Shown here: one piece after another, positions 8,542-18,913 of the stretch
Layout: each line of letters starts with the position of its first letter
Numbering within the stretch: position 1 is the stretch's first letter
DNA from: Microcystis aeruginosa NIES-2549
Lineage (GTDB): Bacteria; Cyanobacteriota; Cyanobacteriia; Cyanobacteriales; Microcystaceae
Length of the DNA: 32,000 nt
Direction of reading: 5' to 3'
Assembly: GCF_000981785.2 (NCBI RefSeq)
Contig: NZ_CP011304.1
Location: 2,100,001-2,132,000, forward strand
Made by a program: the position numbers and the translations under genes
Notes under the pieces: model-generated
The model's database searches: none
The model's input: the letters and a program-made list of their open reading frames with translations, nothing else
What the model was told of the DNA's origin: nothing

Positions 8542-9714
8542 TTAGTATTCTGGTACAGAAGAATCGACTTCGCGACTCCAGGCGCTGATGCCACCTTTGA
8601 CGTTAATTCCTTCGATACCTGCGTCTTTGAGGATAGCGAGGGCTTTAGCGGAACGTCCCCCCATCTTACAATGGGCGATAAGACGATAACCGTTGACTAA
8701 TTCCTTAATTTTGGGAATTGCCGAACCATTTTCGATATCGGGTAGGGGAATTAATACCGAGTTGGGAATCTTAGCGATTTGGTACTCGTTGGGATTACGC
8801 ACATCGATGAGAATGTAATCATTGGCATTGCTGTCAATTAGTGCTTTTAACTCTACTACGGTCATTTCTGTCATTTTTTGCTGTTCTGCTGCTTCTTGTG
8901 CTTTTGCTTGCGGAATACCGCAGAATTGTTCGTAATCAATTAGTTTTTCAATAACGGGACGGATAGGATTCGGGCGCAATTTTAACTCGCGGAATTTCAT
9001 TTCCCAAGCATTGTAAAGCAGTAAACGACCACTGAGGGTATCCGGAGCGCCGAGGATAATTTTAATGGCTTCTGTGGCTTGAATTGTGCCGATTACTCCG
9101 GGTAAAACCCCTAAAACGCCGCCTTCGGCACAGGAGGGAACCATCCCCGGTGGTGGCGGTTCGGGATAGAGATCGCGGTAGTTGGGACCGCCTTGGTAGT
9201 TAAAAACGGTTGCTTGTCCTTCAAAGCGGAAAATTGAGCCATAGACGTTGGGTTTGTCGAGAAGAACACAAGCATCATTAGTCAGATAACGGGTGGGGAA
9301 ATTATCGGTCCCGTCGATAACTACATCATAGGGGGCTAAAATGTCAAGGGCATTTTCGGAACTTATGCGGGTTTCGTACAAATCCACCTGACAATAGGGG
9401 TTAATTTCTAGAATTCTGTCCTTAGCGGAAACAATTTTCGGTTTACCTACCCAAGAAGTGCCGTGAATAATTTGACGTTGCAGATTGGAACTATCGACGA
9501 TATCGAAGTCAACAATACCGATTCTACCGATGCCAGCCGCCGCTAGATAGAGTAAAAGCGGGGAACCGAGTCCCCCGGTGCCGATGCAGAGAACACTGGC
9601 GGCTTTTAGTTTTTTTTGACCTTCTAAGCCCACTTCGGGCAGAATAATGTGTCGAGAGTAGCGTTGAACCTCCTCTTTGGAAAGTTCGATCGCCGCGAGA
9701 TTAGGATTTAGCAT
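8542..9714 (-). CDS. moeB: MoeB/ThiF-family adenylyltransferase with a C-terminal rhodanese domain (molybdopterin-synthase adenylyltransferase/sulfurtransferase)
   Basis: It has 'RYSRHIILPEVG..GQ.KL', the nucleotide loop 'GTGGLGSP', 'IVD.D.V..SNLQRQ', and a C-terminal rhodanese segment with the active-site-like 'HCKMGGRS'. Confidence 0.85.
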   Translation of the reverse strand: MLNPNLAAIELSKEEVQRYSRHIILPEVGLEGQKKLKAASVLCIGTGGLGSPLLLYLAAAGIGRIGIVDFDIVDSSNLQRQIIHGTSWVGKPKIVSAKDRILEINPYCQVDLYETRISSENALDILAPYDVVIDGTDNFPTRYLTNDACVLLDKPNVYGSIFRFEGQATVFNYQGGPNYRDLYPEPPPPGMVPSCAEGGVLGVLPGVIGTIQATEAIKIILGAPDTLSGRLLLYNAWEMKFRELKLRPNPIRPVIEKLIDYEQFCGIPQAKAQEAAEQQKMTEMTVVELKALIDSNANDYILIDVRNPNEYQIAKIPNSVLIPLPDIENGSAIPKIKELVNGYRLIAHCKMGGRSAKALAILKDAGIEGINVKGGISAWSREVDSSVPEY

Positions 9715-9781
9715 AGATTGGGTAAATAGTGAAACCTCACTCGATTCGGGCTAGAATTTCGTCTCAGCACGGTTTAGAGAC

Positions 9782-9817
9782 AAAAATCAGGAAGACTCGA
9801 TCGCTTCCTGGATTTTT
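9782..9817 (-). terminator. Candidate intrinsic terminator downstream of gcvH
   Basis: The stem CAGGAAG/CTTCCTG (9788-9794 and 9804-9810) has a 9-nt loop. An A5 run lies on the plus-strand 5' side and a T5 run on the 3' side, so either strand reads stem plus U-run. It is about 60 nt past the gcvH stop. Confidence 0.45.
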
Positions 9818-9873
9818 AATTCTTTCTATGCCTATGATAGTGTGAGGGTCTGGCTCCGTGTTGTTAATATTAG

Positions 9874-10269
9874 TTAACTTTCTCCTGCTACTTGGGCGCG
9901 GTATTCACTAGCGGAGAGGGTATCAGCCAAGGCAGTATCGGGATTTTCTACCCGCACTTTTAATAACCAACCCTCCCCGTGGGGATCATCGGCAATTAAT
10001 TCGGGGGAGTCAATCATCGCTTGATTGCGATCGACTACGGTTCCCGAGACGGGAGGATAAAGATCTTCTACCGCTTTTACCGATTCAATCGTGCCGAAAC
10101 TACTACCTACTTCCAGCGCCTCTCCCAATTCGGGCAATTCTAGAAACACGATATCACCCAATTGATCGACGGCAAAAGCACTAATTCCCAAGGTAGCGAT
10201 TTCACCTTCGAGTCTGACGTATTCGTGGGTTTCTAGGTATCTCAAATCCTCGGGATATTCCAGTTCCAT
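9874..10269 (-). CDS. gcvH: Glycine cleavage system protein H
   Basis: 131 aa with the lipoyl-lysine motif 'ESVKA' ('[13 protein letters not shown]'), the typical 'Y..THEY.R.EG' N-terminus and 'DPHGEGWL.K'. Confidence 0.9.
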   Translation of the reverse strand: MELEYPEDLRYLETHEYVRLEGEIATLGISAFAVDQLGDIVFLELPELGEALEVGSSFGTIESVKAVEDLYPPVSGTVVDRNQAMIDSPELIADDPHGEGWLLKVRVENPDTALADTLSASEYRAQVAGES

Positions 10270-10488
10270 CGTCTGTCTCTAAATATTTACAGCATCAGTT
10301 AGTTTACTAGATTTCTTGGGGAAAATGTTGATCGCCTAGGGCTGTTTTATTGCCAACCCTACCTAGACAAAATTAATTACACCGATCGAACCCTGATTAA
10401 ACAGCTAGAATTGGTCTAGGTCGATCGGGGAACGCTGGAATACTCGAACAGTGCAACAGTAAGGGTTAGCTGCTTTTTTAGCTCACTT

Positions 10489-13197
10489 ATGTTAAATCCC
10501 ATCTTAGATCATCGTGGTGGCGAACATCAAACCATAAGAGCCTTTTTTGAGCCAAAAACCATCGCTGTGGTGGGATTTAATCGCCAAAATCCCCAACTCG
10601 ATCGCACTCTTTTAAATAATCTCCATCATAATCCCGGTCAGCACCGCCTTTATCTAGTTAATCCTCACCCCGAAAACTGGCTCGATCTTCCCAGCTATAG
10701 CAGTTTACCAGATATCCAGGCGGCGATCGATCTGGTAATTATCACCGCCCCTGCTCCCGAAATTCCCGCTATTATCGCCCAATCTGTCGAAAAACAGGTT
10801 AAATGCGCCCTGATTCTCTCCACGGGTTTTCGGGAAACTGGACAGATAGGGGAAAATTTACTCAGGGAAATTAAAGCGATCGCTGGTCAAAAATTACGCA
10901 TTATCGGTCCCCATAGCTCAGGAATCTGCAATCTCAGCCAAAATCTTAACGCTACCTTTTCCCCGATCCTGCCGAAACCCGGTTCAATTGCCCTGATTAG
11001 TCAAAGTGGGGCGATCGCTGCTGCCGTGCTTGATTGGAGTTTAAGCGAAAATGTCGGTTTTAGTCACTTTATCTCCCTCGGAGTCCTTTTAGATGTGGAT
11101 TGGGGCGAATTACTCTATTATTTGGGAGACGATCCCCAAACCAAAAGCATCGTTATCTACCTGGAATCCCTGAATAATGCCCGCTCTTTTCTGTCCTCAG
11201 CCCGAGAAGTTGCCCTAAATAAACCAATTATCGCCATTAGTCGCCACAGTACCGACTTTGACCCCACTTCTCTTTCCCATGCTGGCAAATTGACCAGCGA
11301 TCAGCTAACTCTCTCCGCTGCCTTTGCTCGCTGTGGCATTGTGGAAGTACAAAGACTGGCCGATCTCTTGAATATCACGCAAGTTTTAGCGAAAATTCCC
11401 CGATTTCCCCGGGGAAAACGCTTGACAATCATCAGCAATGGTGTTGCTCCCGCTCTTTTAGCGGCCTCGGCTTTACTGGCGGAGGATGGACAACTGGCAA
11501 CCCTTACCCCCGCAACGATCGCACAACTAGCGCCTCTTGTTCCCGCGGATATTGTCCCACGAAATCCCATCGATCTGCGTCGCGGCAGCGATCCCGATAG
11601 CTACGCTCGCGCCCTAGAGATCGCTTTAGCGGATGCACATACCGACGCGGTGTTGATGATTCTCTCGCCTCGCTTTAACACCGATCTGCGAGAAATTGCC
11701 CTTAATATCGCTTTAATTGCTCAAAATAGCACAAAACCCATTTTAGCAAGTTTGATGGGGGGAGAGGGCATTGCAGAGGCAGTAGCGTTATTAAATCAGC
11801 AGGGTATCCCCACCTATCGCTATCCCGATTCGGCAGCCCGGGTGTTTAATTTGCTCTGGAAATATGAAGAGAATCTGCGCGGTCTTTATCAAACGCCAAT
11901 TTTAACCAATTCCAGGGAAAATGGCTCCGATCTAGTTTTAGTGAGCCAGATTATCGAGCAAGCAGGGGATAGAACAATTCTCAGTGAGCCAGAGTCTTTA
12001 GATATACTCAAAGCTTATGGAATCCCTGTTATTGTCACTAAAATTGCTGAAAGTGCCGCAGAAGCAGTTAATCTCGCTGAATCTCTCGGTTATCCCGTGG
12101 TGATGAAACTGTATTCGAGGACGATTATCCATAAAAGTGCGGTGGGTGGGGTACAATGGCCGCTTTTTTCCCCTAGGGCAGTGGTGCAAGCGTATCAAGC
12201 GATCGAAGCTAATGTTAGCGCACAAGTGGGTGGGGAGCATTTTCTCGGGGTGAGTATTCAACCGATGTTAGAGATCGATCGAGGATATGAGTTAATTATC
12301 GGCTCTAATTACGATGATCAGTGCGGACCGGTGATAATTTTCGGCACTGGTGGCCGTTTGGTCGATATTTTTCAAGATTACGCCACCGCTCTACCTCCTT
12401 TAAATACTAATCTCGCTCGCCGACTTTTAGAAAAAACCAAGATTTATCGGGCTTTTCAGGGATTAAATGGGCTTAAATCGCTTAATTTAGCGAATTTGGA
12501 GCAAATAATCGTTAGATTTAGTCACCTAGTTAGTGAACAGCCTCGCATTAAAACTATCGATATTAATCCTTTTTTTGCCGATTCAGAGCAATTAATCGCC
12601 CTTTCCGCTTCTATCCTTCTTCATCCTCCAACTACTCCCCCAGAAAAGTTATCTCATCCGGCGATTCGTCCCTATCCCGAACATTATATAGGGCTTTGGA
12701 CGACGAAAAGAGGCTTAAAGGTGCTAATTCGTCCGATTCGGGCAGCGGATGAGCCTTTAGTGCGACAATTTCACCATTATCTCTCGGAAGAAACCATTTA
12801 TTATCGTTATTTTCATCTTGTCAATCTCGATCGCCAAACCGCTTATGATCGTCTTACGCGCATTTGTTTTATTGACTACGATCGAGTAATGAGCTTAGTG
12901 GTAGAGATTAATAACGATCAGACGGAAGAGCCAGAAATTATCGCTATAGGACGCTTAAATAAACTGCACGGCGTTAATGTGGCGGAATTTGACCTATTAG
13001 TTAGGGATGACTATCAAGGTCAGGGTATTGGTACAGAATTACTACGGCGTTTAGTCACTATTGGCAAAAAGGAAGGATTAGAGGGAATCGAAGGGGAAAT
13101 TTTAAGGGATAATCGCGCTATGCAGATGATAGCCGCTAAAGTAGGGTTTTCTCTCTATAAAACTGCCGATTTTGTCAAAGTGGAACTTGAATTATGA
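10489..13197 (+). CDS. Bifunctional acetate-CoA ligase (ADP-forming)-like/GNAT acetyltransferase, Pat-type protein acetyltransferase architecture
   Basis: 902 aa. It has an N-terminal CoA-binding/succinyl-CoA-synthetase-like region ('FEPKTIAVVG', 'LISQSGA'), a central ATP-grasp-like segment ('LKAYGIPV...GYPVVMKL') and a C-terminal GNAT motif ('V...YQGQGIGTELLRRL'). Confidence 0.8.
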   Translation: MLNPILDHRGGEHQTIRAFFEPKTIAVVGFNRQNPQLDRTLLNNLHHNPGQHRLYLVNPHPENWLDLPSYSSLPDIQAAIDLVIITAPAPEIPAIIAQSVEKQVKCALILSTGFRETGQIGENLLREIKAIAGQKLRIIGPHSSGICNLSQNLNATFSPILPKPGSIALISQSGAIAAAVLDWSLSENVGFSHFISLGVLLDVDWGELLYYLGDDPQTKSIVIYLESLNNARSFLSSAREVALNKPIIAISRHSTDFDPTSLSHAGKLTSDQLTLSAAFARCGIVEVQRLADLLNITQVLAKIPRFPRGKRLTIISNGVAPALLAASALLAEDGQLATLTPATIAQLAPLVPADIVPRNPIDLRRGSDPDSYARALEIALADAHTDAVLMILSPRFNTDLREIALNIALIAQNSTKPILASLMGGEGIAEAVALLNQQGIPTYRYPDSAARVFNLLWKYEENLRGLYQTPILTNSRENGSDLVLVSQIIEQAGDRTILSEPESLDILKAYGIPVIVTKIAESAAEAVNLAESLGYPVVMKLYSRTIIHKSAVGGVQWPLFSPRAVVQAYQAIEANVSAQVGGEHFLGVSIQPMLEIDRGYELIIGSNYDDQCGPVIIFGTGGRLVDIFQDYATALPPLNTNLARRLLEKTKIYRAFQGLNGLKSLNLANLEQIIVRFSHLVSEQPRIKTIDINPFFADSEQLIALSASILLHPPTTPPEKLSHPAIRPYPEHYIGLWTTKRGLKVLIRPIRAADEPLVRQFHHYLSEETIYYRYFHLVNLDRQTAYDRLTRICFIDYDRVMSLVVEINNDQTEEPEIIAIGRLNKLHGVNVAEFDLLVRDDYQGQGIGTELLRRLVTIGKKEGLEGIEGEILRDNRAMQMIAAKVGFSLYKTADFVKVELEL

Positions 13198-13219
13198 AGC
13201 CTTTTTGACGAGCTTATCA

Positions 13220-14200
13220 CTAATTTTCTGGCTGAATTGTTTGGGCTAATCCTTGCTCTAAAGTAAAGGGAGGTTGCCAATCGAGGGTTTTTTGAATATA
13301 GCTAGAGTCAACGGCAAGAGAACCAAGCAAGCGATCGATATTATAGCTGTTAAAAGGGAGATTTTTCCCTGTGATGGATTCTACTCTATCACCCAGATAA
13401 CCTAAGAATCTAAGTAAGGTAGTGGGGACGGGCAGCAATCGACAGGGTTGTTGAATTTGTTGAGCAATGAGTCGAATTAATTGGGGAGTAGAAACAGCTT
13501 GGTTATCGCTAATTAAAAAAATTTGATTAGCGGCATTAGGATGATCTAAACAGGTAATAATGGCAGCAACTAAGTTACCCACAAAGACAAAACTACGATG
13601 ATTTTTGATCGCACCAAAAGGTAAAGGTAATCCCCGTTTAATTAGTTTCATCAAGCGGTCCATATTAGCGCGATTGCCTAGTCCGTAAACTAGAGTAGGA
13701 CGAAGGATCGTCCAAATCATGTTACTATCTTTTGCTAGTTCAATTAAAGCTTGTTCTGCTTGCAATTTGCTACGACCATAGGGACTATCGGGGTGACAGG
13801 GAGAATTTTCGTTAAGAATATCATCACTTTCGGCAGCCATAGCATGAATAGAACTGACAAAAATAAAGTGCTTAACTCCCGCTTTTAGCGACTGCTTCAC
13901 TAGGTTAATAGTCCCCTTAGTGTTAACTTTTATAAATGCTGCTTCTGGATTGGATATAGTCTCATGAAGGATATGAGCGCGTCCTGCTAGATGAATAACG
14001 GTATCAATGCCTAGCAATGCTTCTTGCCAATCGGTCATATCATCAATTTCACCCACCTGAACGGTCTTAATTGACAGGGCTGCGGGAAACTCAAATTTCT
14101 GGCGAATTGCAGCTGTTATCTGGTAGTTATGTTGATGTAAAGTTGGCAGTAAGTGGCTGCCAATAAAGCCAGTAGAACCTGTAACTAAAACGTTTTTCAT
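13220..14200 (-). CDS. NAD-dependent sugar epimerase/dehydratase (SDR family)
   Basis: It has the Rossmann motif 'VLVTGSTGFIGSHL' and the catalytic YxxxK in 'SPYGRSKLQAE'. Confidence 0.8.
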   Translation of the reverse strand: MKNVLVTGSTGFIGSHLLPTLHQHNYQITAAIRQKFEFPAALSIKTVQVGEIDDMTDWQEALLGIDTVIHLAGRAHILHETISNPEAAFIKVNTKGTINLVKQSLKAGVKHFIFVSSIHAMAAESDDILNENSPCHPDSPYGRSKLQAEQALIELAKDSNMIWTILRPTLVYGLGNRANMDRLMKLIKRGLPLPFGAIKNHRSFVFVGNLVAAIITCLDHPNAANQIFLISDNQAVSTPQLIRLIAQQIQQPCRLLPVPTTLLRFLGYLGDRVESITGKNLPFNSYNIDRLLGSLAVDSSYIQKTLDWQPPFTLEQGLAQTIQPEN

Positions 14201-14220
14201 TATTAATTATTCAATTAATT

Positions 14221-15000
14221 TTAGTAAAATTTCCAACCATGTTTATTGAAAAAATACACGGCAGATTGAGCAAAAACTATAGCCAGTTTAGTCGAGTTGT
14301 GCGCTCCTCTTGCCCAATGATGATAAATATTCACATGGGGATAAAGTATGGTTTTATATTTTTTAGACATTCTAAGGGTCAAATCATAATCTTCAAAATA
14401 CATAAACATATTTTTATCAAAGTAGCCAATATCATCTAAATATTTTCTGTTAAATAGCATAAAACAACCACTAATAATCGGTACTTCTATTATCTGGTTA
14501 TAGCTAATATCTCTCATTTCATACCAGTCCAATCTCTTTTTGAAAAGAAATTGCATTTTTTTTGGTATAAAACGTCTAATAAATAAGGTCAAAACTGTGG
14601 GTTGACGCTTACAAAGGTATTGGATGTCCCCATTAGGGTAAGATATTTTTGGAGTAATCAATCCCACATCTTGATGCTTATCGAGGTAGTGAATAAGTTC
14701 AGTGATCACATTATTATCAAAATAAACATCTGGATTGATAACTAAATGATAATCATAATTTTTAGCCCCAGTAATAGCTAGGTTATGTCCTTGACCAAAA
14801 CCAACGTTATTACCATTATTGAAGTAATAATCTATATCGTATCCCTGAAAATTATCGAATATTTTTTTGAATTCATCGGTGGGAGAATTATCTACTACTG
14901 ATAAATTAATTTCTATGGGTGTGCTGAACAGAGATTTAATTGCTTGAATAACTATCTCTGGGTCATTTTTGTAAAGGACAAGGGAGGCACTAAGTTTCAT
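14221..15000 (-). CDS. Glycosyltransferase family 2
   Basis: It has the GT-A N-terminus ('SLVLYKN...VVDNSP') and 'GFGQGHN'. The ORF is very AT-rich and co-oriented in the sugar cluster. Confidence 0.75.
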   Translation of the reverse strand: MKLSASLVLYKNDPEIVIQAIKSLFSTPIEINLSVVDNSPTDEFKKIFDNFQGYDIDYYFNNGNNVGFGQGHNLAITGAKNYDYHLVINPDVYFDNNVITELIHYLDKHQDVGLITPKISYPNGDIQYLCKRQPTVLTLFIRRFIPKKMQFLFKKRLDWYEMRDISYNQIIEVPIISGCFMLFNRKYLDDIGYFDKNMFMYFEDYDLTLRMSKKYKTILYPHVNIYHHWARGAHNSTKLAIVFAQSAVYFFNKHGWKFY

Positions 15001-15118
15001 GGTTTGTACTGATAAATTTAGTTTTTAGTTTTGATTCCTTAAATTACTACTTTTAGTAATTTGATGGGAAAAGTTCAGTTGTTTTTTCCAATTCGCCAAG
15101 TATTAATAGTAATGCTTT

Positions 15119-15856
15119 TTATTTAAACTGAGTATTTCCAGAACAGATAAAAGTTTTTTTTAAAATTACCATAGCTAAATTTTTAAACAAAGAGTATCTC
15201 CACTTAAGTACTTTAATAATAGCAGCATGATGGTCTGATGTAACATTATTACTGTGTCTTCGATATTTAATCAATGGTTTGTCTATATAGAATGTTTGTC
15301 CATAAATTTCATTGACCAATCCTATCCACATATCGTGCATTGGTATATCTTTTGGAAAAGGTAGAAAATAATTCAGCATTTCTCTCCTAAAAGCTAAGGC
15401 ACATCCACGAAATCTCGGTTTGATTAAATTAGGAAGCATCCCGGCAGTAAATTCACTTATTAACTGTGAATCGTAAATTAAATTATCATCTTCATCAATC
15501 ACCTGTAAATTACTAATAACTAACGTCACTTCTTTTTGTTGAGTGAATATGTTGACAAATTCTGAGATTTTATCAGGACACCAAATATCATCTTGATCAC
15601 AGAGGAAAATTATATCCCCTTCAGCATTAGTTATCGATTTTTCAAAGTTTTTAATTGCTCCTAAGTTTCTGGTATTTTCCCATAATTTTATCCGAGAATC
15701 AGTAAATTTATGAATCAAGTTCACCGTTTGATCGGATGAACAATCATCAACTATTACCAGTTCATCATTATATGATAGCTGGGGAAGAATAGATTGTATT
15801 TGCTTCTCTATAAATCTAGAGCCATTGTAGGTAGCCATGCAAACTGAAATTTTCAT
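15119..15856 (-). CDS. Glycosyltransferase family 2
   Basis: It has 'ISVCMATYNG..FI..QI.SIL.Q', 'VIVDDCSSD' and the 'CDQDDIW' motifs typical of GT2 (WcaA/rhamnosyltransferase-like) enzymes. Confidence 0.8.
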   Translation of the reverse strand: MKISVCMATYNGSRFIEKQIQSILPQLSYNDELVIVDDCSSDQTVNLIHKFTDSRIKLWENTRNLGAIKNFEKSITNAEGDIIFLCDQDDIWCPDKISEFVNIFTQQKEVTLVISNLQVIDEDDNLIYDSQLISEFTAGMLPNLIKPRFRGCALAFRREMLNYFLPFPKDIPMHDMWIGLVNEIYGQTFYIDKPLIKYRRHSNNVTSDHHAAIIKVLKWRYSLFKNLAMVILKKTFICSGNTQFK

Positions 15857-15885
15857 AATTAATTTCTCTCAATCAAATTAACAGA

Positions 15886-16884
15886 CTAATAGTTAATATT
15901 TTCATGATTAGGCTCGAAAAAGCCATCTAAAATTTGAATAAAAACTAGACTGCTCTTATTGTATCTGCCTTGAAATAGTAGGTTGATGATTAGATACTTA
16001 ATCATTTTTATTCTACTAAAGGAGATTTTTTGAGTCTTCAGATAACTGCTAAACTCTGGAAAGCAATGGGGCTTTTCTCCTGAATAGCTGAAGAAAAACT
16101 GAACAATTTTAAAATCAGCATTTATTCTAAAAAGTAACCTATTTTTCAGTCTAAGCAATAATAAATAAAGGGATGAAATTTTATAAAGCTTTTGGTAGTA
16201 TTGCCTATATTTTATCCCTTCTTCTAGCGCAGTAACTCTAGAACTCGAGTTACCCGCTAGTAAATTGTTTTGATGAATTGTTTGTCCAGCTAGAACTTCC
16301 TCAATTTTAACAAGTTTAAACCCTGCTAGAGCGGCTCTAGTAAAAAATTCATTATCAGCAACTAGCGTATAATCTAAGTTAAAGTTACCAATTTTTTCAA
16401 ATACATTTCTTCTGATAAAAACCGTAGGCTGTGGTAGGTTATAATCAGACAGTAGATCGTATTTGCTCAATTTCATCCAAGGTAGCAACTCTAAATTTGC
16501 TGACGGATAGTATAAGTTAACCCAGTCTCCGTAAACGATATCGGCATCAGTGCTGTTAAAGACATCAACAACTGTTTCTATGGTGTAGGGAAAATAAAAA
16601 TCATCCGTATTAAGATAGGCAATTATATCACCGTTGGCCAAGCTAATACCTTTATTGACAGCATCATAAATGCCTTCATCTTGTTCAGATATCCAGCGGA
16701 GATTATATTTTGTTTCCTCATTCCTCAGTATCTCAACAGTATTGTCCTTTGAAGCAGCATCTACCACTATATGTTCCCAATTTGTATAGGATTGTTTCTT
16801 AATAGAATTTATACACTGGGAAATAATCCAAGCTCTGTTGTAACTGGGAGTGATAACAGTAACTAAACTAACAGGATCAAACAT
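15886..16884 (-). CDS. Glycosyltransferase family 2
   Basis: It has 'VTVITPSYNRA..I..CI.SI..QSY.NWEHIVVDAAS.D.T' and the 'NTDD' DxD-like motif. Confidence 0.8.
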   Translation of the reverse strand: MFDPVSLVTVITPSYNRAWIISQCINSIKKQSYTNWEHIVVDAASKDNTVEILRNEETKYNLRWISEQDEGIYDAVNKGISLANGDIIAYLNTDDFYFPYTIETVVDVFNSTDADIVYGDWVNLYYPSANLELLPWMKLSKYDLLSDYNLPQPTVFIRRNVFEKIGNFNLDYTLVADNEFFTRAALAGFKLVKIEEVLAGQTIHQNNLLAGNSSSRVTALEEGIKYRQYYQKLYKISSLYLLLLRLKNRLLFRINADFKIVQFFFSYSGEKPHCFPEFSSYLKTQKISFSRIKMIKYLIINLLFQGRYNKSSLVFIQILDGFFEPNHENINY

Positions 16885-16992
16885 AGTTTTCTACTTTTTT
16901 TATTTCCTGAACTGTGATTGATTGATATTTGGGAACAGATAATATGTTTTTTCTTCGAGATAATGTATATGAAAGCTTAAAACATTGACTAG

Positions 16993-18291
16993 CTACCATT
17001 CAGCATAAGTTTTTCTCTTTTTTTCATTTAAACATAACGAAAAACAGTAGGATATAAAGAAAAATACTGAAGATATTAAGGTTTGATATATAAAATACTC
17101 AGAATCTACAAAAAAGCTCAGAGAGTTGCTTGCCATACTATAAATCCAAATATCCTTTATTGATAAGTTATTAGATTTCATGTATCTTATTTTTAATAAG
17201 CAAAATGTTGTTAAAGTAATATATATCGGAGCTAATAAGGGGCTGAAAAACATAAGTGACTGGAGATGTATCATGAAATTTGGTCCCTGAGAAAAACTTA
17301 ATGTTCTTCCCACTGCTAATTCCATTAATTTCCATCCTAAGCTCTGATTTTTTTCATCACTATCACCAATACGGTTTAAGAAAACTCCGAAGTTATATTT
17401 GATAAAACCCCAAGTATCAATGAACTTATCACCATCCAATTTCACAAAGTAATCTAGGCCATCAGCATTTGCAAAAATTCTGTTTAATATCACCGACCAT
17501 CCATCATTCAAGTTAATATCCCCAGTTTTGCTCATATATAGTGCTGTTACTAATACTAGAGAAAGTATTGTCATAGGAGCGGCAATTAATAACATCCTAT
17601 TAAACAATCTGTTAGTATTCTTTTGATTTATATATCTCCGGAAATAGAAACAAAAAAACCCCAAAGAAAGAAGCATACTCATTGCTGCACTCCTACTTCC
17701 TGTGACAGTATTAATTATTAAATTATGTACTAATAAAGACATTACTAATATTCTTAAGATCATTCTTTTTTCAAAAAAACAAACATAGAATGAAATATAC
17801 TCATACACTGGATATAACATGATTATTGCAATAGTTCCGTATAAAGGTCTCCCTCTGTCCAAGAGTTCAAATTTATACATGACCGAAGCAAATAGTCCGT
17901 TATTCAATAAGGAATTCCACTTATTAATATAATCTGAAAAGAACAAAATTAAAAAAGCAATAATTAGTAAAAAGTAGTGAAAGTAATTAGGTTGTTTGGC
18001 TAATAATAATATTGAATTTTCTCTTATTCTTTGTTTAGAAAAAACAAATAGATTGAATGTATAATATAAAGAAACTAGACAGAAGAAAAATGTCCACGCA
18101 TTGTCGCTGTACTCCAATAATAACTCGAAGCAAACAGCATTCATTGAAGAAATCCATACAAGATGATACAAAAGAGGATCAAAAACACTATAAATCTTTC
18201 TTCTAAAAATATTTATATTGATAAAAAGACCAATAAAAAATACTAAATACAATCTCCACAATACATAGTCATTAATATCAAAATAGTTCAT
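16993..18291 (-). CDS. Polytopic membrane protein, putative oligosaccharide repeat-unit polymerase (Wzy-like)
   Basis: 432 aa with about 10 or more hydrophobic segments, very AT-rich, and placed among GT genes. Wzy families lack strong motifs, so the call rests on topology and context. Confidence 0.5.
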   Translation of the reverse strand: MNYFDINDYVLWRLYLVFFIGLFININIFRRKIYSVFDPLLYHLVWISSMNAVCFELLLEYSDNAWTFFFCLVSLYYTFNLFVFSKQRIRENSILLLAKQPNYFHYFLLIIAFLILFFSDYINKWNSLLNNGLFASVMYKFELLDRGRPLYGTIAIIMLYPVYEYISFYVCFFEKRMILRILVMSLLVHNLIINTVTGSRSAAMSMLLSLGFFCFYFRRYINQKNTNRLFNRMLLIAAPMTILSLVLVTALYMSKTGDINLNDGWSVILNRIFANADGLDYFVKLDGDKFIDTWGFIKYNFGVFLNRIGDSDEKNQSLGWKLMELAVGRTLSFSQGPNFMIHLQSLMFFSPLLAPIYITLTTFCLLKIRYMKSNNLSIKDIWIYSMASNSLSFFVDSEYFIYQTLISSVFFFISYCFSLCLNEKKRKTYAEW

Positions 18292-18592
18292 ATTGTAACT
18301 TTAAAATTTGAATTATATCGAGAGTTTTTGTCACCTGAAAACCTCTATCAGGTGGTTTAGCCTAGAGGGTTCATTTTGATAATCCTTTGGACATTATAGC
18401 ACAGCCGGATCAATAATGGGAGTATCATCACAGATTTCTCAAAATACCAAAGTTACCCCCTGTGCAACTTTTTGACTGGAGAAGTTAACAAAAAGCGATC
18501 GCTAACTCAAACAAGGTAGAATGAAAATCAGAAAATCGCACCTTGGACTATGAGAAACTAAGTAGTAGCTCTTAAGAGTAAGGTGAACTGCC

Positions 18593-18805
18593 ATGTTTGA
18601 CACAGAAGAGTTTATTATTGTCGTATTCTGCTGTATTGATCACTTAATTAAAGAAATCACTCCATCTCGTCCCATTCGTCAACGGGGTTTTGCTCCCAGC
18701 TTAAGTGACAGTGAGGTCATCACAATGGAAATAGTGGCAGAATTTCCAGGTTTAGATACAGCTACTAAGTCAACGCTGAATATTTTTCGATTTTTTTTAC
18801 TGTAG
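18593..18805 (+). pseudogene. N-terminal stub of a transposase (IS982-like, family assignment from memory)
   Basis: 'FIIVVFCCIDHLIKE...IRQRGFAPSLSDSEVITMEIVAEF.GLDT' matches the conserved N-terminus of a transposase family abundant in cyanobacteria. The similarity decays after about residue 57, and no remainder of the gene is present. Confidence 0.55.
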
Positions 18806-18879
18806 ATATTCTCCTAGAATTGAGACGGGGGCAAAAATTAGGGGTCGAGAAGGTCGTCACCGACCTCCCCTCCCATTCA

Positions 18880-18913
18880 GAACCGTGCTTGAGACTTTCA
18901 CCTCACACGGCTC
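18880..18913 (-). ncRNA. Group II intron domain V (catalytic hairpin)
   Basis: The minus strand reads GAGCCGUGUGAGGUGAAAGUCUCAAGCACGGUUC. This is 34 nt with the AGC catalytic triad, a 2-nt bulge geometry and a GAAA tetraloop, as in canonical domain V. Confidence 0.85.

Noticed and set aside
10270-10488. Glycine riboswitch upstream of gcvH
   Set aside because: The minus-strand leader lacks the conserved 'GGAGAG...CACCG...ACCGAAGGGGCAA' elements, and no tandem aptamer-like structure is evident.
11301-12261. Two minus-strand ORFs (89 and 87 aa) inside the Pat-like gene
   Set aside because: They are antisense shadow ORFs within a continuous 902-aa multidomain CDS.
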